Below, piece by piece: positions 1-9,540 of a DNA stretch of 64,000 bases. The notes under the pieces were generated by a model, which saw only the letters and a list, made by a program, of their open reading frames with translations, was not told the DNA's origin and ran no database searches. How positions within the stretch are numbered: position 1 is the stretch's first letter; each line of letters opens with the position of its first letter. This DNA comes from Candidatus Geohabitans tengchongensis. GTDB taxonomy: Bacteria; Sysuimicrobiota; Sysuimicrobiia; Sysuimicrobiales; Humicultoraceae. Location: assembly GCA_031459625.1 (NCBI GenBank), contig JAVKIH010000011.1:6817-70816 (forward strand), written 5' to 3'. The position numbers were made by a program, and so were the translations under genes.

Positions 1-1
1 C

Positions 2-172
2 GGGACGATCCTGGGGACCGTCCTCGGCGCCGTCACGATGGCGGCCATCCGGGTAGGGCTCGTCATGGTGGGTGCTCCGTCGTACTGGTATACCGCCTTC
101 CTGGGCGTCGTCGTCGTGCTCGCCGTCATCCTGAACGTCACGTTCGAGGAGCTGGTCAGATGGCGGCGGTAA
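2..172 (+). CDS. sugar ABC transporter permease, C-terminal fragment (gene begins upstream of window)
   Basis: Frame is open from the window edge to TAA 170-172. The translation GTILGTVLGAVTMAAIRVGLVMVGAPSYWYTAFLGVVVVLAVILN resembles the hydrophobic C-terminus of RbsC/AraH-type permeases. Its stop overlaps the ATG of the next ABC ATPase gene. Confidence 0.7.
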   Translation, partial: GTILGTVLGAVTMAAIRVGLVMVGAPSYWYTAFLGVVVVLAVILNVTFEELVRWRR

Positions 173-939
173 CCTCTCCCCCGCATCCCCTGCTGGAAGC
201 CCGCGGGATTGCCAAGGCCTTTGGCCACATCCAGGCCCTGGCGGGGGTCGACTTCCACGTGGGCTACCGGGAGGTCGTGGGATTGGTCGGCGACAACGGC
301 GCGGGGAAGTCGACGCTGATCAAGATCCTCACCGGCGTGTACCCGCCGGATGCGGGGCAGCTGTTCTTCGAGGGGCGGCCGATCACGCTGGCGTCCCCCC
401 AGGACGCCCGGGCACTGGGGATCGAGACCGTCTACCAGGACCTCGCCCTGGTGGAGCAGATGAGCATCGCCCGCAACTTCTTCCTCGGCCGTGAGCCCGT
501 GCACCGGATCGGGCCCCTCACCGTGCTGGACACCGGCACGATGCACCGGGTGACCGAGCGGGTGTTGCGGGAGATCGGCATCACCACCCTGCGGTCGTCC
601 GCGCAGGACGTGGGCGTGCTCTCGGGCGGTGAACGCCAGGCCATCGCCATCGGCCGAACGATGCACTTTGGGGCCAGGCTCATCATCCTGGACGAGCCCA
701 CCTCCGCGCTGTCCGTGAAGGAGACCCAGAAGGTGCTGGACTACATCGAGGAGGCCCGGCGGCGCGGCCTCTCGGTGATCTTCATCACCCACAACCTCTA
801 CCACGTCTATCCGGTGTCCGACCGGATCGTGGTGCTGGACCACGGGCGCAAGGTGGGAGATTTCCGACGCCAGGAGGTCTCCATCGAGGACCTGGTCGCG
901 TTGATTACCCTCCCAGGCGCGGCGTCCGCCCGTGCGTGA
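160..939 (+). CDS. ABC transporter ATP-binding protein (single-NBD sugar type, FrcA-like)
   Basis: Walker A GDNGAGKST, ABC signature LSGGERQ, Walker B LIILDEPT. Start overlaps the stop of the upstream permease. Confidence 0.9.
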   Translation: MAAVTSPPHPLLEARGIAKAFGHIQALAGVDFHVGYREVVGLVGDNGAGKSTLIKILTGVYPPDAGQLFFEGRPITLASPQDARALGIETVYQDLALVEQMSIARNFFLGREPVHRIGPLTVLDTGTMHRVTERVLREIGITTLRSSAQDVGVLSGGERQAIAIGRTMHFGARLIILDEPTSALSVKETQKVLDYIEEARRRGLSVIFITHNLYHVYPVSDRIVVLDHGRKVGDFRRQEVSIEDLVALITLPGAASARA

Positions 940-1744
940 CCGCCCCGCGGGGGCGCTCTGCCCGTGCCTGGACGCCCTGTGTGCCGGCCTGCCCGCCGAG
1001 TCGGCGCTGGCCTTTCTGGCGGAGGAGGGGTTCCGCGCCGTGGAGTTCTGGGACTGGCGCGGGCGGGACATCGACCGGCTGGCCCGCCAGGCCGGTGCGC
1101 TCGGGCTGGAGGTGGTGGCCATCAGCGGCACGACCTTCGAGGAGCCCCTGCTCGACCCCGCCGGCCACGAGGCGGCCCTGGCCCACCTGCGCCGGTCGCT
1201 GGAGGTGGCGGAGCGCCTGGGGACGCGGCTGCTGGTGGTGCACGTGGGGTACGCTCAGTCCCACCGGTCTCGCGCCTCCCAGTGGGAGGCGGCGGTGACG
1301 GGCTTGCGGCGGGCCGCCGAGCTGGCCCGGGCGGCCGGGGTCACGCTCCTCGTGGAGCCGCTGAACTCCCTCGTGGACCATCCGGCCTACTTCCTGGACA
1401 CGCTCCCCGATGCCCTGGCGATGCTGGAGGCCGTCGACCACCCGGCGGTCGGGCTGCTGCTCGATGTCTACCACATGTGGATCATGCACGACGACCTGCT
1501 GCACCGGCTGGAGGGGGTAGTTCGTCGGACGGCACACGTGCACGTCGCCGATGTGCCCGGGCGGGGCGAGCCGGGCAGCGGGGTGATCCCCTGGCGCGAG
1601 ATGCTCCGGCGTCTGGAGGACGGCGGCTACCGCGGGGCCCTGGGCCTGGAGTGCTGGCCCACGGGCTCGCTGGTCGCGGCGCTGCGCCGGGCCCGTCAGG
1701 TGCTCGAACCGCGCGACGGCCGGGCCATGGGGGCGTGGCGGTGA
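932..1744 (+). CDS. xylose isomerase-like TIM-barrel protein (sugar phosphate isomerase/epimerase family)
   Basis: Family-typical strand motifs FRAVEFWDW, LLVVHVG, TLLVEPLN and HVHVADVPGRGEPGSG. Start overlaps the upstream stop. Confidence 0.8.
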   Translation: MRDRPAGALCPCLDALCAGLPAESALAFLAEEGFRAVEFWDWRGRDIDRLARQAGALGLEVVAISGTTFEEPLLDPAGHEAALAHLRRSLEVAERLGTRLLVVHVGYAQSHRSRASQWEAAVTGLRRAAELARAAGVTLLVEPLNSLVDHPAYFLDTLPDALAMLEAVDHPAVGLLLDVYHMWIMHDDLLHRLEGVVRRTAHVHVADVPGRGEPGSGVIPWREMLRRLEDGGYRGALGLECWPTGSLVAALRRARQVLEPRDGRAMGAWR

Positions 1745-2613
1745 ACCGCTTCGCCCTGAACAGCGCCACCACCGGGCCCGCCGACCTCCTCACCGACCTG
1801 CGCGTGGCGGCCGCGGCCGGCTTTGGTGCGCTGGAGCTGCGCGACACCAAGCTCGAGGCCTACCTGGCCGGAGGCGGCACCCTGGACGCCCTGGCGGAGG
1901 CCTTCCGCGCGGCCGGCGTGCGGCCGCTCAGCGTGAACGCGCTCGAGCGGGCCACCCTCGTCACCGGGGCGGCCCGTCGCGCCGTGCTGGGGCGGTGCGC
2001 CACGCTGTGCGCCTGGGCCGCCGCGCTGGGAGCGCCCTACGTCGTGGCCGTGCCCGGCCCGCGGGCCGAGGCGGCCGGGGTGGGCGAGGTGGCCCCGCTG
2101 ACCGTGGAGATGCTGCGGGCGCTCGCGGCCGTGGCCGCCGAGCACGGCGTGCAGCTGGCCTTCGAGTTCCTCGGCCCGGCCACGAGCTCGGTGCGCACGC
2201 TGGCGGAGGCGCGGACGGTGGTGGAGGCGGTGGGCGACCCGCCGGTGGGGCTGGTGCTGGACGCCTTCCACTTCCACGTCGGCGGCTCCACCCTGGAGAT
2301 GCTGGACGGCCTCGACCCGGGGCGCCTGGCCATCGTCCACCTGGACGACGCCGAGGATCGGCCGCGCGAGCGGCTGGAGGACGCGCACCGGCTCCTGCCG
2401 GGAGAGGGGGTGATCCCCCTGCGGCCGCTGGTGGCGCGCCTGGAGGCGCTGGGCTACCGCGGCGCCTACTCGGTCGAACTCTTCCGGCCGGCATACTGGA
2501 CCTGGGACCCGCTGCGCCTGGCGCGCGCGGCGCGCGCCTCGCTGGAGGCGCTCTTCGCCGGACGGGAGCCCGGCGTGGCGGGGCATCCGCAGAGAGGTGC
2601 GCCGTCGCCGTGA
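1741..2613 (+). CDS. xylose isomerase-like TIM-barrel protein (sugar phosphate isomerase/epimerase family)
   Basis: GTG 1741 overlaps the upstream TGA. Motifs GFGALELRD, YVVAVPG, LAFEFLG, IVHLDD. The part of track ORF 964..2613 upstream of 1741 is Arg/Gly/Pro-rich read-through of the preceding gene in another frame. Confidence 0.75.
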   Translation: MNRFALNSATTGPADLLTDLRVAAAAGFGALELRDTKLEAYLAGGGTLDALAEAFRAAGVRPLSVNALERATLVTGAARRAVLGRCATLCAWAAALGAPYVVAVPGPRAEAAGVGEVAPLTVEMLRALAAVAAEHGVQLAFEFLGPATSSVRTLAEARTVVEAVGDPPVGLVLDAFHFHVGGSTLEMLDGLDPGRLAIVHLDDAEDRPRERLEDAHRLLPGEGVIPLRPLVARLEALGYRGAYSVELFRPAYWTWDPLRLARAARASLEALFAGREPGVAGHPQRGAPSP

Positions 2614-2641
2614 ACCGACGGCAGGGAGGTGGGGCGTCGAC

Positions 2642-3688
2642 GTGAGCGTGCGGGTGGGCATCCTGGGTGCGGGGTTCATCGGGCGCATCCACGCCCTCGA
2701 CCTCAGGCGCGATCCGCGCGTCACGCTGGTGGGGGTGGCGGACGTCGTCCCGCAGGCCGCCACCCGGCTGGCCGCGGAGGTGGAGACCGCCGCCTGCGCC
2801 TCGCTGGCCGAGCTGCTGGACCGCGGCGCCGAGGCGGTCTACGTCTGCACGCCCAACGTCCAGCACGTCGAGCCCGTGGTGACGGCCCTTCGCGCCGGGG
2901 TGCACGTCTTCAGCGAGAAGCCCATGGCCACGTCCCTGGCCGACGCCTGGACGATCCGCGAGGCGGCGCGCCGCTCCCGGGCGGTCTACCAGCTCGGCTT
3001 CAACCGCCGCTTCGCCCGCGTCTACCGCTTCGTGCGCCGCCTCATCGACGAGGGGCGCCTCCACCCGGTGCTGGGACAGCTCAAGCACAACCGCGGGGAG
3101 CTGCAGCAGCCGCCCTGGACGGGCGACCCGGCGGTGACCGGCGGCTACCTGTACGAGACGCCGGTGCACCTCTTCGACATGGCCCGCTTCCTCCTGGGCG
3201 ACGTCGCCGACGTCCAGGGGGTGGCCCGCCAGACCGTCTACCGGGAGCTGGACGGCTTCGTCCTGCTCTTCCGCTTCCGCAACGGGGCCGCCGCCAGCGT
3301 GACCTCGGTGGCGCACACCTCCTGGTTCTTCCCCTACGAGCGGGTGGAGCTGTACGGTCCGCACCAGACGGCGGTCACGGAGGAGCTGGAGCGCGCCTGG
3401 TTCAGCCCGGGGGTCCGCGAACAGGTCGAGGGCATCGACTGCTTCCAGATGCCCTTCGAGGAGAAGTGGGGCTACGTGGAGGAAGACCGCTGCTTCATCG
3501 ACGCGGTGCTGGGCGAGGCTCCGCCGCCCGTCACCGCGGAGGACGGCTACCGGGCCACCGAGCTGGTGGAGGCCGTCTACCGGGCGGTGCGCACGGGACA
3601 GCCCGTCACGCTGCCGCTCCCCGAGCCCGGTGGCTCCCCTGCACCGGCAGAACCCGGCGAGACGGGCTCGGGCCGCCGACCGGTGTGA
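2642..3688 (+). CDS. Gfo/Idh/MocA family NAD(P)-dependent oxidoreductase
   Basis: N-terminal Rossmann motif VGILGAGFIGRIH and the family EKP motif in VFSEKPMA. GTG 2642 chosen over 2597 because it places the start just before the Rossmann motif. Confidence 0.85.
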   Translation: MSVRVGILGAGFIGRIHALDLRRDPRVTLVGVADVVPQAATRLAAEVETAACASLAELLDRGAEAVYVCTPNVQHVEPVVTALRAGVHVFSEKPMATSLADAWTIREAARRSRAVYQLGFNRRFARVYRFVRRLIDEGRLHPVLGQLKHNRGELQQPPWTGDPAVTGGYLYETPVHLFDMARFLLGDVADVQGVARQTVYRELDGFVLLFRFRNGAAASVTSVAHTSWFFPYERVELYGPHQTAVTEELERAWFSPGVREQVEGIDCFQMPFEEKWGYVEEDRCFIDAVLGEAPPPVTAEDGYRATELVEAVYRAVRTGQPVTLPLPEPGGSPAPAEPGETGSGRRPV

Positions 3689-3698
3689 CCGCGCGCCC

Positions 3699-4523
3699 AT
3701 GACCACCCCCGGCCCGATCCGCCTCATTGTCACCGACATCGACGGGACGCTCACGACGACGGCGCAGGAGATCACGCCCCGCGTGCGGCAGGCGGTGGCG
3801 GCGGCACGGGCGCGCGGCGTGCCCACCTGTGTGGCCACCGGCCGGGCCTGGCGCTCCGGTCGCCGCTACATCGAGGCCCTCCCTGCCGACCCCCCGGCCA
3901 TCCTCTTCAACGGCGGGATGGTCTACGACTTCAGCCGGGACCGCGTGCTCTTCCGGCAGGGGATGGACCCCGAGCTGGCGCTGGTGGTGGTCGAGGCCCT
4001 CGACGCCCACCCCGACCTGGCCGCCCACCTCTACGTGGGCGACCGGATCTACGTGCGTCGGTGGACGCCGCTCGTGGCCGCCACCGCCCTCCACGACCAC
4101 CTCGACCCCGAAGCGGTGGGCGACCTGCGCACCGTCCTCCCCCGCGACCGCGCCGCGCCGATCATGAAGTTCCGCATCCTGGGCCCGCGGGAGGAGCTGG
4201 AGGCCCTGGCCGAGGCGCTCGGACGGACAGACCCCGTGAACTACGTCTTCTCCGAGACCACGTCCCTGGAAGTGCTCCCGCCGGGCGTCTCCAAGGGGAC
4301 GGCGCTGCGGGTGGTGGCGGAGCACCTGGGGGTGGACCTGGAGGCGGTGATGGCGGTGGGGGACGAATGGAACGACCTGACGATGCTCCAGGCGGCCGGA
4401 TGGGGCGTGGCCATGGCGGACGCGCCCGAGCCGGTGCGCCGGGCTGCCCGCGTGGTGGCGCCGACGAGCGACGCCGACGGACTGGCAGTGGTGATCGAGC
4501 GGTACGTCCTGGACGGCCGCTGA
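3699..4523 (+). CDS. Cof-type HAD-IIB sugar phosphatase
   Basis: HAD motif I VTDIDGTL and motif IV VGDEWNDLTML, with a Cof-like cap region. ATG 3699 lies within track ORF 3630..4523. Confidence 0.85.
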   Translation: MTTPGPIRLIVTDIDGTLTTTAQEITPRVRQAVAAARARGVPTCVATGRAWRSGRRYIEALPADPPAILFNGGMVYDFSRDRVLFRQGMDPELALVVVEALDAHPDLAAHLYVGDRIYVRRWTPLVAATALHDHLDPEAVGDLRTVLPRDRAAPIMKFRILGPREELEALAEALGRTDPVNYVFSETTSLEVLPPGVSKGTALRVVAEHLGVDLEAVMAVGDEWNDLTMLQAAGWGVAMADAPEPVRRAARVVAPTSDADGLAVVIERYVLDGR

Positions 4524-4560
4524 GCGGGACAGACGTGTGCACACCAGGGAGGGGAGAGGG

Positions 4561-5589
4561 ATGGGCAGGACGGCTGTGATCGGCCTGATCGTGATGCTGG
4601 CGGCGCTCGCGCTCCCGGGACTCCCCGGCGCGAGCGCCCAGGGCGGGCGCATCGTGGTCTACTCGGCGCTGCCGGACCTGGAGACCTCGCTGATCAACCG
4701 GGAGTTCACCCGCCGCACCGGGATCCAGGTGGAGGCGCTCAGCGTCGCCGCGGCGGGGACCCTCCAGGCGCGCATCCGGGCGGAGAAGGACCGGCCGCGC
4801 GCCGACATCTTCGTGGGCGGGTCGGCCGACTTCCACGCCCCGCTGGCGCGGGAGGGGCTCCTGCTGGCCTACCGGTCGCCGGTCTTCACCGAGGCGCGCA
4901 TCAGCCCCACCTACCGCGACCCCAACGGGTACTGGCACGGCTGGTACCTGGGGGCGCTGGCCATCATCATCAACACCGACCGCTGGGAGCGGGAGATGGC
5001 CCCGCGGCGCATCCCCAAGCCGGCCACCTGGGACGACCTGGCCCGGCCGGAGTTCCGGGGTCAGTTCATCATGCCGAGCCCCATCACCACCGGGGGCGGC
5101 TACATCTTCGTGGCGGCGCAGATCTTCCGCCTGGGGGAGGAGCGGGCCTGGGCCTTCCTGCGCACCCTCAACGGCAACGTGGCCCAGTACACGCCCACGG
5201 CCCCCGGGACGATCACCCTGCTGGAGCGCGGTGAGGCCGTCGTGGGGATGATGTGGGCGCACGAGGGAATCGGCGCGCGCATCCTGCGCAGCGCCCCGCT
5301 GGAGGTGACGGTGCCGCCGGACACCGCCTTCGAGATCGGTGCCGTCTCCATCCTGCGCGGCGGGCCCAACCCGGCCGGCGCCCGCGCGTACGTGGACTTC
5401 CTGCTGACGCGCCTGCCGCAGGACATCAACGCCAAGTTCGGCTTCCGCTACCCCGTGCGCGGCGACGTGCCGGTGCCGCTGGGCGCCACGCCCTTCGAGC
5501 AGCTGAAGTTCGTCCGCTACGACCGCGACTGGGCGGTGGAGCACCAGGCGCGCATCCGCGAGCGGTGGACCCGCGAGATCGGTCGCTGA
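4561..5589 (+). CDS. ABC transporter substrate-binding protein (Fe3+/AfuA/PotD-like SBP family)
   Basis: Signal peptide MGRTAVIGLIVMLAALALPGLPGASAQ preceded by the GGGAGGGGAGAGGG RBS. Paralog of the SBP at 10423. Followed by a matching permease and ATPase. Confidence 0.8.
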   Translation: MGRTAVIGLIVMLAALALPGLPGASAQGGRIVVYSALPDLETSLINREFTRRTGIQVEALSVAAAGTLQARIRAEKDRPRADIFVGGSADFHAPLAREGLLLAYRSPVFTEARISPTYRDPNGYWHGWYLGALAIIINTDRWEREMAPRRIPKPATWDDLARPEFRGQFIMPSPITTGGGYIFVAAQIFRLGEERAWAFLRTLNGNVAQYTPTAPGTITLLERGEAVVGMMWAHEGIGARILRSAPLEVTVPPDTAFEIGAVSILRGGPNPAGARAYVDFLLTRLPQDINAKFGFRYPVRGDVPVPLGATPFEQLKFVRYDRDWAVEHQARIRERWTREIGR

Positions 5590-5599
5590 GCAGGAACCG

Positions 5600-7237
5600 G
5601 TGAGGGCCGGGGCGGTCGCGCTGGAGTGGCGGAGGCTCCGCCGGCACGCCGACCCCGGCCTGCTGGCCGTCTACACGGGGGCGCTGCTCCTCCTGGCCCT
5701 GGCCGTCCTCTACCCGGCCTACCGGGTGCTGGTCTACCCGTCGTGGGCGGACTACCTGGCCATCCCCCGCAGCCTGCGCTGGCTGCAGGCCGCCCGCAAC
5801 AGCCTGGTGATGATGGTCCTCTCCACGGCCAGCGCCACGCTGGTGGGGGTGCTCTTCGCCTTCGCCACCACCCGCCATGACCTGCCGGGCCGGCGCCTCT
5901 TCCGGGCCGCGGCGATGCTGCCGCTCTTCGCGCCGCCCTTCATGGTGGCGTTCGCCTACATCCTCATGTTCGGCCGGCAGGGGCTGGTCACGCGCACGCT
6001 GCTCGGGCTCGACGCCAACATTTTCGGCTGGCACGGCCTGTGGCTGGTGCAGACGGTGGCCTTCTTCCCGCTGGCGATGCTCATCATCGCCGGCGTGCTC
6101 GAGGCCATCAACCCGAGCCTGGAGCACGCGGCGCGGAACCTGGGCGCCCCCGAAGGGGCGGTCCTGCGCACGGTCACCCTGGCCCTGGCCCGCCCGGGGA
6201 TCGCCGGGGCGATGCTGGTGGTGGCCATCTCGGTGCTGGCCGACTTCGGCAACGCGGTGATCATCGCCGGCAACTTCCCCCTGCTGGCCACCGAGGCGTG
6301 GTTCCGCATGGAGGGGATGGGGGACCTGACCGGGGCGGCGCTGGTCGTGGGGATGCTGCTCGTGCCCACCGTCCTCCTCTTCCTCCTGGAGCGCTTCTGG
6401 GTGAGCCGCCGCGTCTACGTGACGGTCACGGGCCGGGGCTCGCGCATCGAGCGGCCGCCCACCCCGCCGGCCGTCCGCTGGGCGGTCCTCCTGGCCTGCC
6501 TGCTGGTGACGGTGCTCGTGGCGCTCGTCTACCTGGGGGTGCTGGCCGGCGCCTTCACGGCGGTGTGGGGGCGCGACTGGTCCCTCACCCTGGAGCACTG
6601 GCACCTGGCCCGCGACCGGGCGGGGACGCTGTGGGCCAGCGTACGCGTGGGGACGCTCGCCGGCGTCGTCACCGCCGTGACCGGGGTGCTGGTGGCCTTC
6701 CTGGCCACGCGCCCGCTGCCGCTGCGCGGGGTCCTCGACTTCCTGGCGGTCCTGCCCGGGGCGCTCCCCGGCGTCTTCGTCGGCGTGGGCTACGTCCTGG
6801 CCTTCAACCCCACGCCGCTCGGCGGCACGGTCTGGGCGGTGGCGCTGGCGCTGGGGATGTGGCACCTGCCCATGGGCTACCAGGCCGCCGCAGCGCGGCT
6901 GCGCCAGGTGGAGCGGGCCATCGAGGAGGCGGCGGTGAACCTGGGGGCCACGGGGCTGCGCGTGCTGCGGGACATCTACCTGCCCATGCTCCTGCGCGCG
7001 CTGGCGGAGGCGTTCGCCGTCTCCTTCGTGCGGGGGGTGACCAACGTGAGCATCGTGGTCTTCCTCATCGCCCCGGGGCAGGTTGTGGCCACCTTCGCCA
7101 TCCTCAACATGATCCAGAACAACATCTGGGGCGCGGCGGCGGCGCTCACCACCATGCTCCTCCTCCTCACCGTCGTGGCCGTGGGGGCGAGTTGGCTCCT
7201 GCTGGGGCGGGCCGTGCGCACCGCGCCGGTGGGATGA
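5600..7237 (+). CDS. ABC transporter permease, two fused transmembrane domains (FbpB/AfuB-like)
   Basis: 545-aa polytopic protein with two repeats of the binding-protein-dependent permease domain. The EAA-like loops are SLEHAARNLGA and AIEEAAVNLGA. Confidence 0.85.
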   Translation: MRAGAVALEWRRLRRHADPGLLAVYTGALLLLALAVLYPAYRVLVYPSWADYLAIPRSLRWLQAARNSLVMMVLSTASATLVGVLFAFATTRHDLPGRRLFRAAAMLPLFAPPFMVAFAYILMFGRQGLVTRTLLGLDANIFGWHGLWLVQTVAFFPLAMLIIAGVLEAINPSLEHAARNLGAPEGAVLRTVTLALARPGIAGAMLVVAISVLADFGNAVIIAGNFPLLATEAWFRMEGMGDLTGAALVVGMLLVPTVLLFLLERFWVSRRVYVTVTGRGSRIERPPTPPAVRWAVLLACLLVTVLVALVYLGVLAGAFTAVWGRDWSLTLEHWHLARDRAGTLWASVRVGTLAGVVTAVTGVLVAFLATRPLPLRGVLDFLAVLPGALPGVFVGVGYVLAFNPTPLGGTVWAVALALGMWHLPMGYQAAAARLRQVERAIEEAAVNLGATGLRVLRDIYLPMLLRALAEAFAVSFVRGVTNVSIVVFLIAPGQVVATFAILNMIQNNIWGAAAALTTMLLLLTVVAVGASWLLLGRAVRTAPVG

Positions 7238-8433
7238 GGGTGCCCGAGCCGACCGTGACCGGGCGCACGCCGGCGACCGACCCGGGCTCGTTGACCGACC
7301 GGACCGCGGGGCCCCCGCACCTCCGGCTGGTGGAGGTGACGAAGCGCTTCGGGGCGCACGTGGCGGTGGACCGGGTCTCCCTGGCGCTGCCCGAGGGCGC
7401 CTTCACCACGCTCCTGGGCCCGTCCGGCTGCGGCAAGACCACCGTCCTGCGCCTGGTGGCGGGGTTCTACCGACCGGACAGCGGGGAGATCCTGCTGCGT
7501 GAGCGCCCCATCACCGACGTGCCGCCGCACCGCCGCCACATGGCGATGGTCTTCCAGGAGTACGCCCTCTTCCCCCACCTGACGGTCGGGGAGAACGTCG
7601 CCTACGGCCTGCGTATGCGCCGGGTGCCGCCGCGGGAGACGGCGCGGCGGGTGGCGGAGGCGCTGCGCCTGGTGGGGCTGGAGGGGCAGGAGCGGCGCTT
7701 CCCCCACCAGCTCTCGGGCGGGCAGCAGCAGCGGGTGGCGCTGGCGCGCGCGCTGGTCGTGGAGCCGGAGGTGCTGCTGCTGGACGAGCCGCTCAGCAAC
7801 CTGGACGCCAAGCTGCGCGTGCGGGTGCGCACGGAGATCCGCCAGCTGCAGGAGCGGCTGGGCAAGACCACGCTGTACGTCACCCACGACCAGGAGGAGG
7901 CGCTGGCCATCTCCGACCAGATCGCCGTGATGCACGCGGGGCGGATCCTGCAGGTGGGCACCCCCACGGAGATTTACTTCCGGCCGCAGAACCGCATCGT
8001 GGCCGACTTCGTGGGACTGGCCACCTTCGTGGAGGCCGAGGTCGCGGGGTCGGGACGGGTGCGCGTGCACGGCGTCGTCGTCCCTGTGACCGGCCCGCTG
8101 CCGCCGACGGGACGGGTGACCCTGGTGGTCCGGCCCGAGGCGGTCCGGCTGACGCCCGCTCGTAGCGGGGGCGAAGACGGCGGCGGGCTGCGGGGCCGCG
8201 TCGTGGCCCGGGCCTTCCTCGGCGGAGTGGTGCGCTGCTGGGTGGACGTGCACGGCGCGGAGTGGGTGGTGGACGTGCCGGTGGACCAGGAGGTGCCCGT
8301 CGATGGGGTGGTGGCGCTGCGGTTGGGGGAGCGCGTCCACGCCCTCCCGGAGGGGCCGGCGGGGAGCGCCGCGGAAGGTCCGGCGGGGAGCGGCGAGGGG
8401 CCGGCGCGGGACCGTGCAGGCCCCACAATGTAA
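7234..8433 (+). CDS. ABC transporter ATP-binding protein (FbpC/PotA-like with C-terminal regulatory domain)
   Basis: Walker A GPSGCGKTT, signature LSGGQQQRVALARAL, Walker B LLLDEPLSNLD. ATG 7234 overlaps the permease stop. The upstream part of track ORF 6040..8433 is a shadow frame. Confidence 0.9.
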   Translation: MRVPEPTVTGRTPATDPGSLTDRTAGPPHLRLVEVTKRFGAHVAVDRVSLALPEGAFTTLLGPSGCGKTTVLRLVAGFYRPDSGEILLRERPITDVPPHRRHMAMVFQEYALFPHLTVGENVAYGLRMRRVPPRETARRVAEALRLVGLEGQERRFPHQLSGGQQQRVALARALVVEPEVLLLDEPLSNLDAKLRVRVRTEIRQLQERLGKTTLYVTHDQEEALAISDQIAVMHAGRILQVGTPTEIYFRPQNRIVADFVGLATFVEAEVAGSGRVRVHGVVVPVTGPLPPTGRVTLVVRPEAVRLTPARSGGEDGGGLRGRVVARAFLGGVVRCWVDVHGAEWVVDVPVDQEVPVDGVVALRLGERVHALPEGPAGSAAEGPAGSGEGPARDRAGPTM

Positions 8434-8526
8434 GCCGCGAGACGGCGTCTACACCGTCAGCCGCAAGACGCCGTCAGCCGCAAGGCGCCGTCGGTCGCGA
8501 GACGGCGTCAGCCGCGCGACGGCGTA
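8433..8526. repeat. five degenerate 17-nt tandem units (AGCCGCRAGRCGSCGTC) in the intergenic leader of the creatininase-family gene
   Basis: Units at 8433-8449, 8459-8475, 8476-8492, 8493-8509 and 8510-8526. The cores alternate between GACGGCGTC and its reverse complement GACGCCGTC, so mutually exclusive hairpins are possible. Confidence 0.8.
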
Positions 8527-8561
8527 CTCGGGCAATCGGACGGGCGAGAAGGAGGAGGCAC

Positions 8562-9527
8562 ATGGGCAAGTGGGACCTGCCGCCCCGAGGCGGCCACATG
8601 GACAAGCGCACCGGGATCTACCTGCAGACCATGACCCAGCGCGACATCGAGGAGCGCCTGGCCACCAACGACGTCCTCATCGTGCCGCTGGGCGCCACCG
8701 AGGCGCACGGCCCCAACGCGCCCATCGGCGAGGACATCTTCCTCGTCTGCCGCATGGCCGAGGTGGTGGCGGAGCGCACCGGGTGCACCGTCTCCGAGCC
8801 GCTGTGGTTCGGTTCTCACCCCTACCACCACCTGGGCATGCCCGGGACCGTGCCCATCCCCGAGGACGTCTTCACCGCCTTCGTGCGGGCGATGATCGCC
8901 GGCTTCTGGAACATGGGCTTCCGCAAGCAGATCCTGCTCAACGGCCACGGGCAGGAGTACGTCATCCCCACGGCGATCCACCAGTTTGGCAAGCGCTACC
9001 GGGTCCCGGCGCTGATCGTGAACGTGAACTGGTACCATGCCATCCCGGACCACTTTCGCCTCAAGCAGGACGGAGGGCCCTACGAGACCCCCTTCATCCA
9101 CGCCGACGAGGTGGAGACCTCCTGGTGCCTGGCGCTCTTCCCCGAGCTGATGAAGCAGGAGTGGGTCGTGGACAACGAACCCTTCGGCTTCCTCCCGGAA
9201 GGCCACGTGGACAAGGCCGGGAACCTCCTGCGCCGGCCGATCAACTGGTACGGGCACGTGGGGGCGGGCCCCATCGAGGTGAAGGCCTACATCGAGGGCG
9301 TCGTGGGGAAGCCCTCCCTGGCGGCGGCGGAGAAGGCGCTGCCGGGCGTGGAGGCGCTGCTCGACTACCTGGAACGCCTCGTCACCGACATCCTGGCCCG
9401 CTTCCCGCCCGGGGAGCTGCCCCCCATCGACCTGGTGACCGAGCGCGACCGGGAGGAACTGGAGGCGGTGCTGCGCGGGCCGGCCCGCGGGGGCAAGTCC
9501 ATTTACGCGCTGGGCTGGCCGCCGTGA
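8562..9527 (+). CDS. creatininase (creatinine amidohydrolase) family protein
   Basis: N-terminal LIVPLGATEAHGPNAPIGED, NGHGQE and HADEVETS resemble the family metal-binding motifs. ATG 8562 is preceded by a GAAGGAGGAGG RBS. Confidence 0.75.
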   Translation: MGKWDLPPRGGHMDKRTGIYLQTMTQRDIEERLATNDVLIVPLGATEAHGPNAPIGEDIFLVCRMAEVVAERTGCTVSEPLWFGSHPYHHLGMPGTVPIPEDVFTAFVRAMIAGFWNMGFRKQILLNGHGQEYVIPTAIHQFGKRYRVPALIVNVNWYHAIPDHFRLKQDGGPYETPFIHADEVETSWCLALFPELMKQEWVVDNEPFGFLPEGHVDKAGNLLRRPINWYGHVGAGPIEVKAYIEGVVGKPSLAAAEKALPGVEALLDYLERLVTDILARFPPGELPPIDLVTERDREELEAVLRGPARGGKSIYALGWPP

Positions 9528-9540
9528 CGCCCCGGCCGCC

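Noticed and set aside
964-1740. Long N-terminal extensions of + strand track ORFs. Examples are 964..2613, 6040..8433, 11424..14801, 30801..33437, 31736..34273, 36925..38394, 38285..40393, 42782..44134 and 54792..56345.
   Set aside because: The upstream portions overlap well-supported genes in another frame and translate to Arg/Gly/Pro-rich sequence. In each case an internal ATG or GTG sits right at the upstream stop codon, and recognisable domain sequence begins there. I therefore trimmed the genes to those starts.
8433-8526. The tandem repeat arrays (this one and 52392-52456) as CRISPR arrays.
   Set aside because: The units are 17-22 nt and directly abutting with no unique spacers. There are only 3-5 copies, and no cas genes occur in the window.
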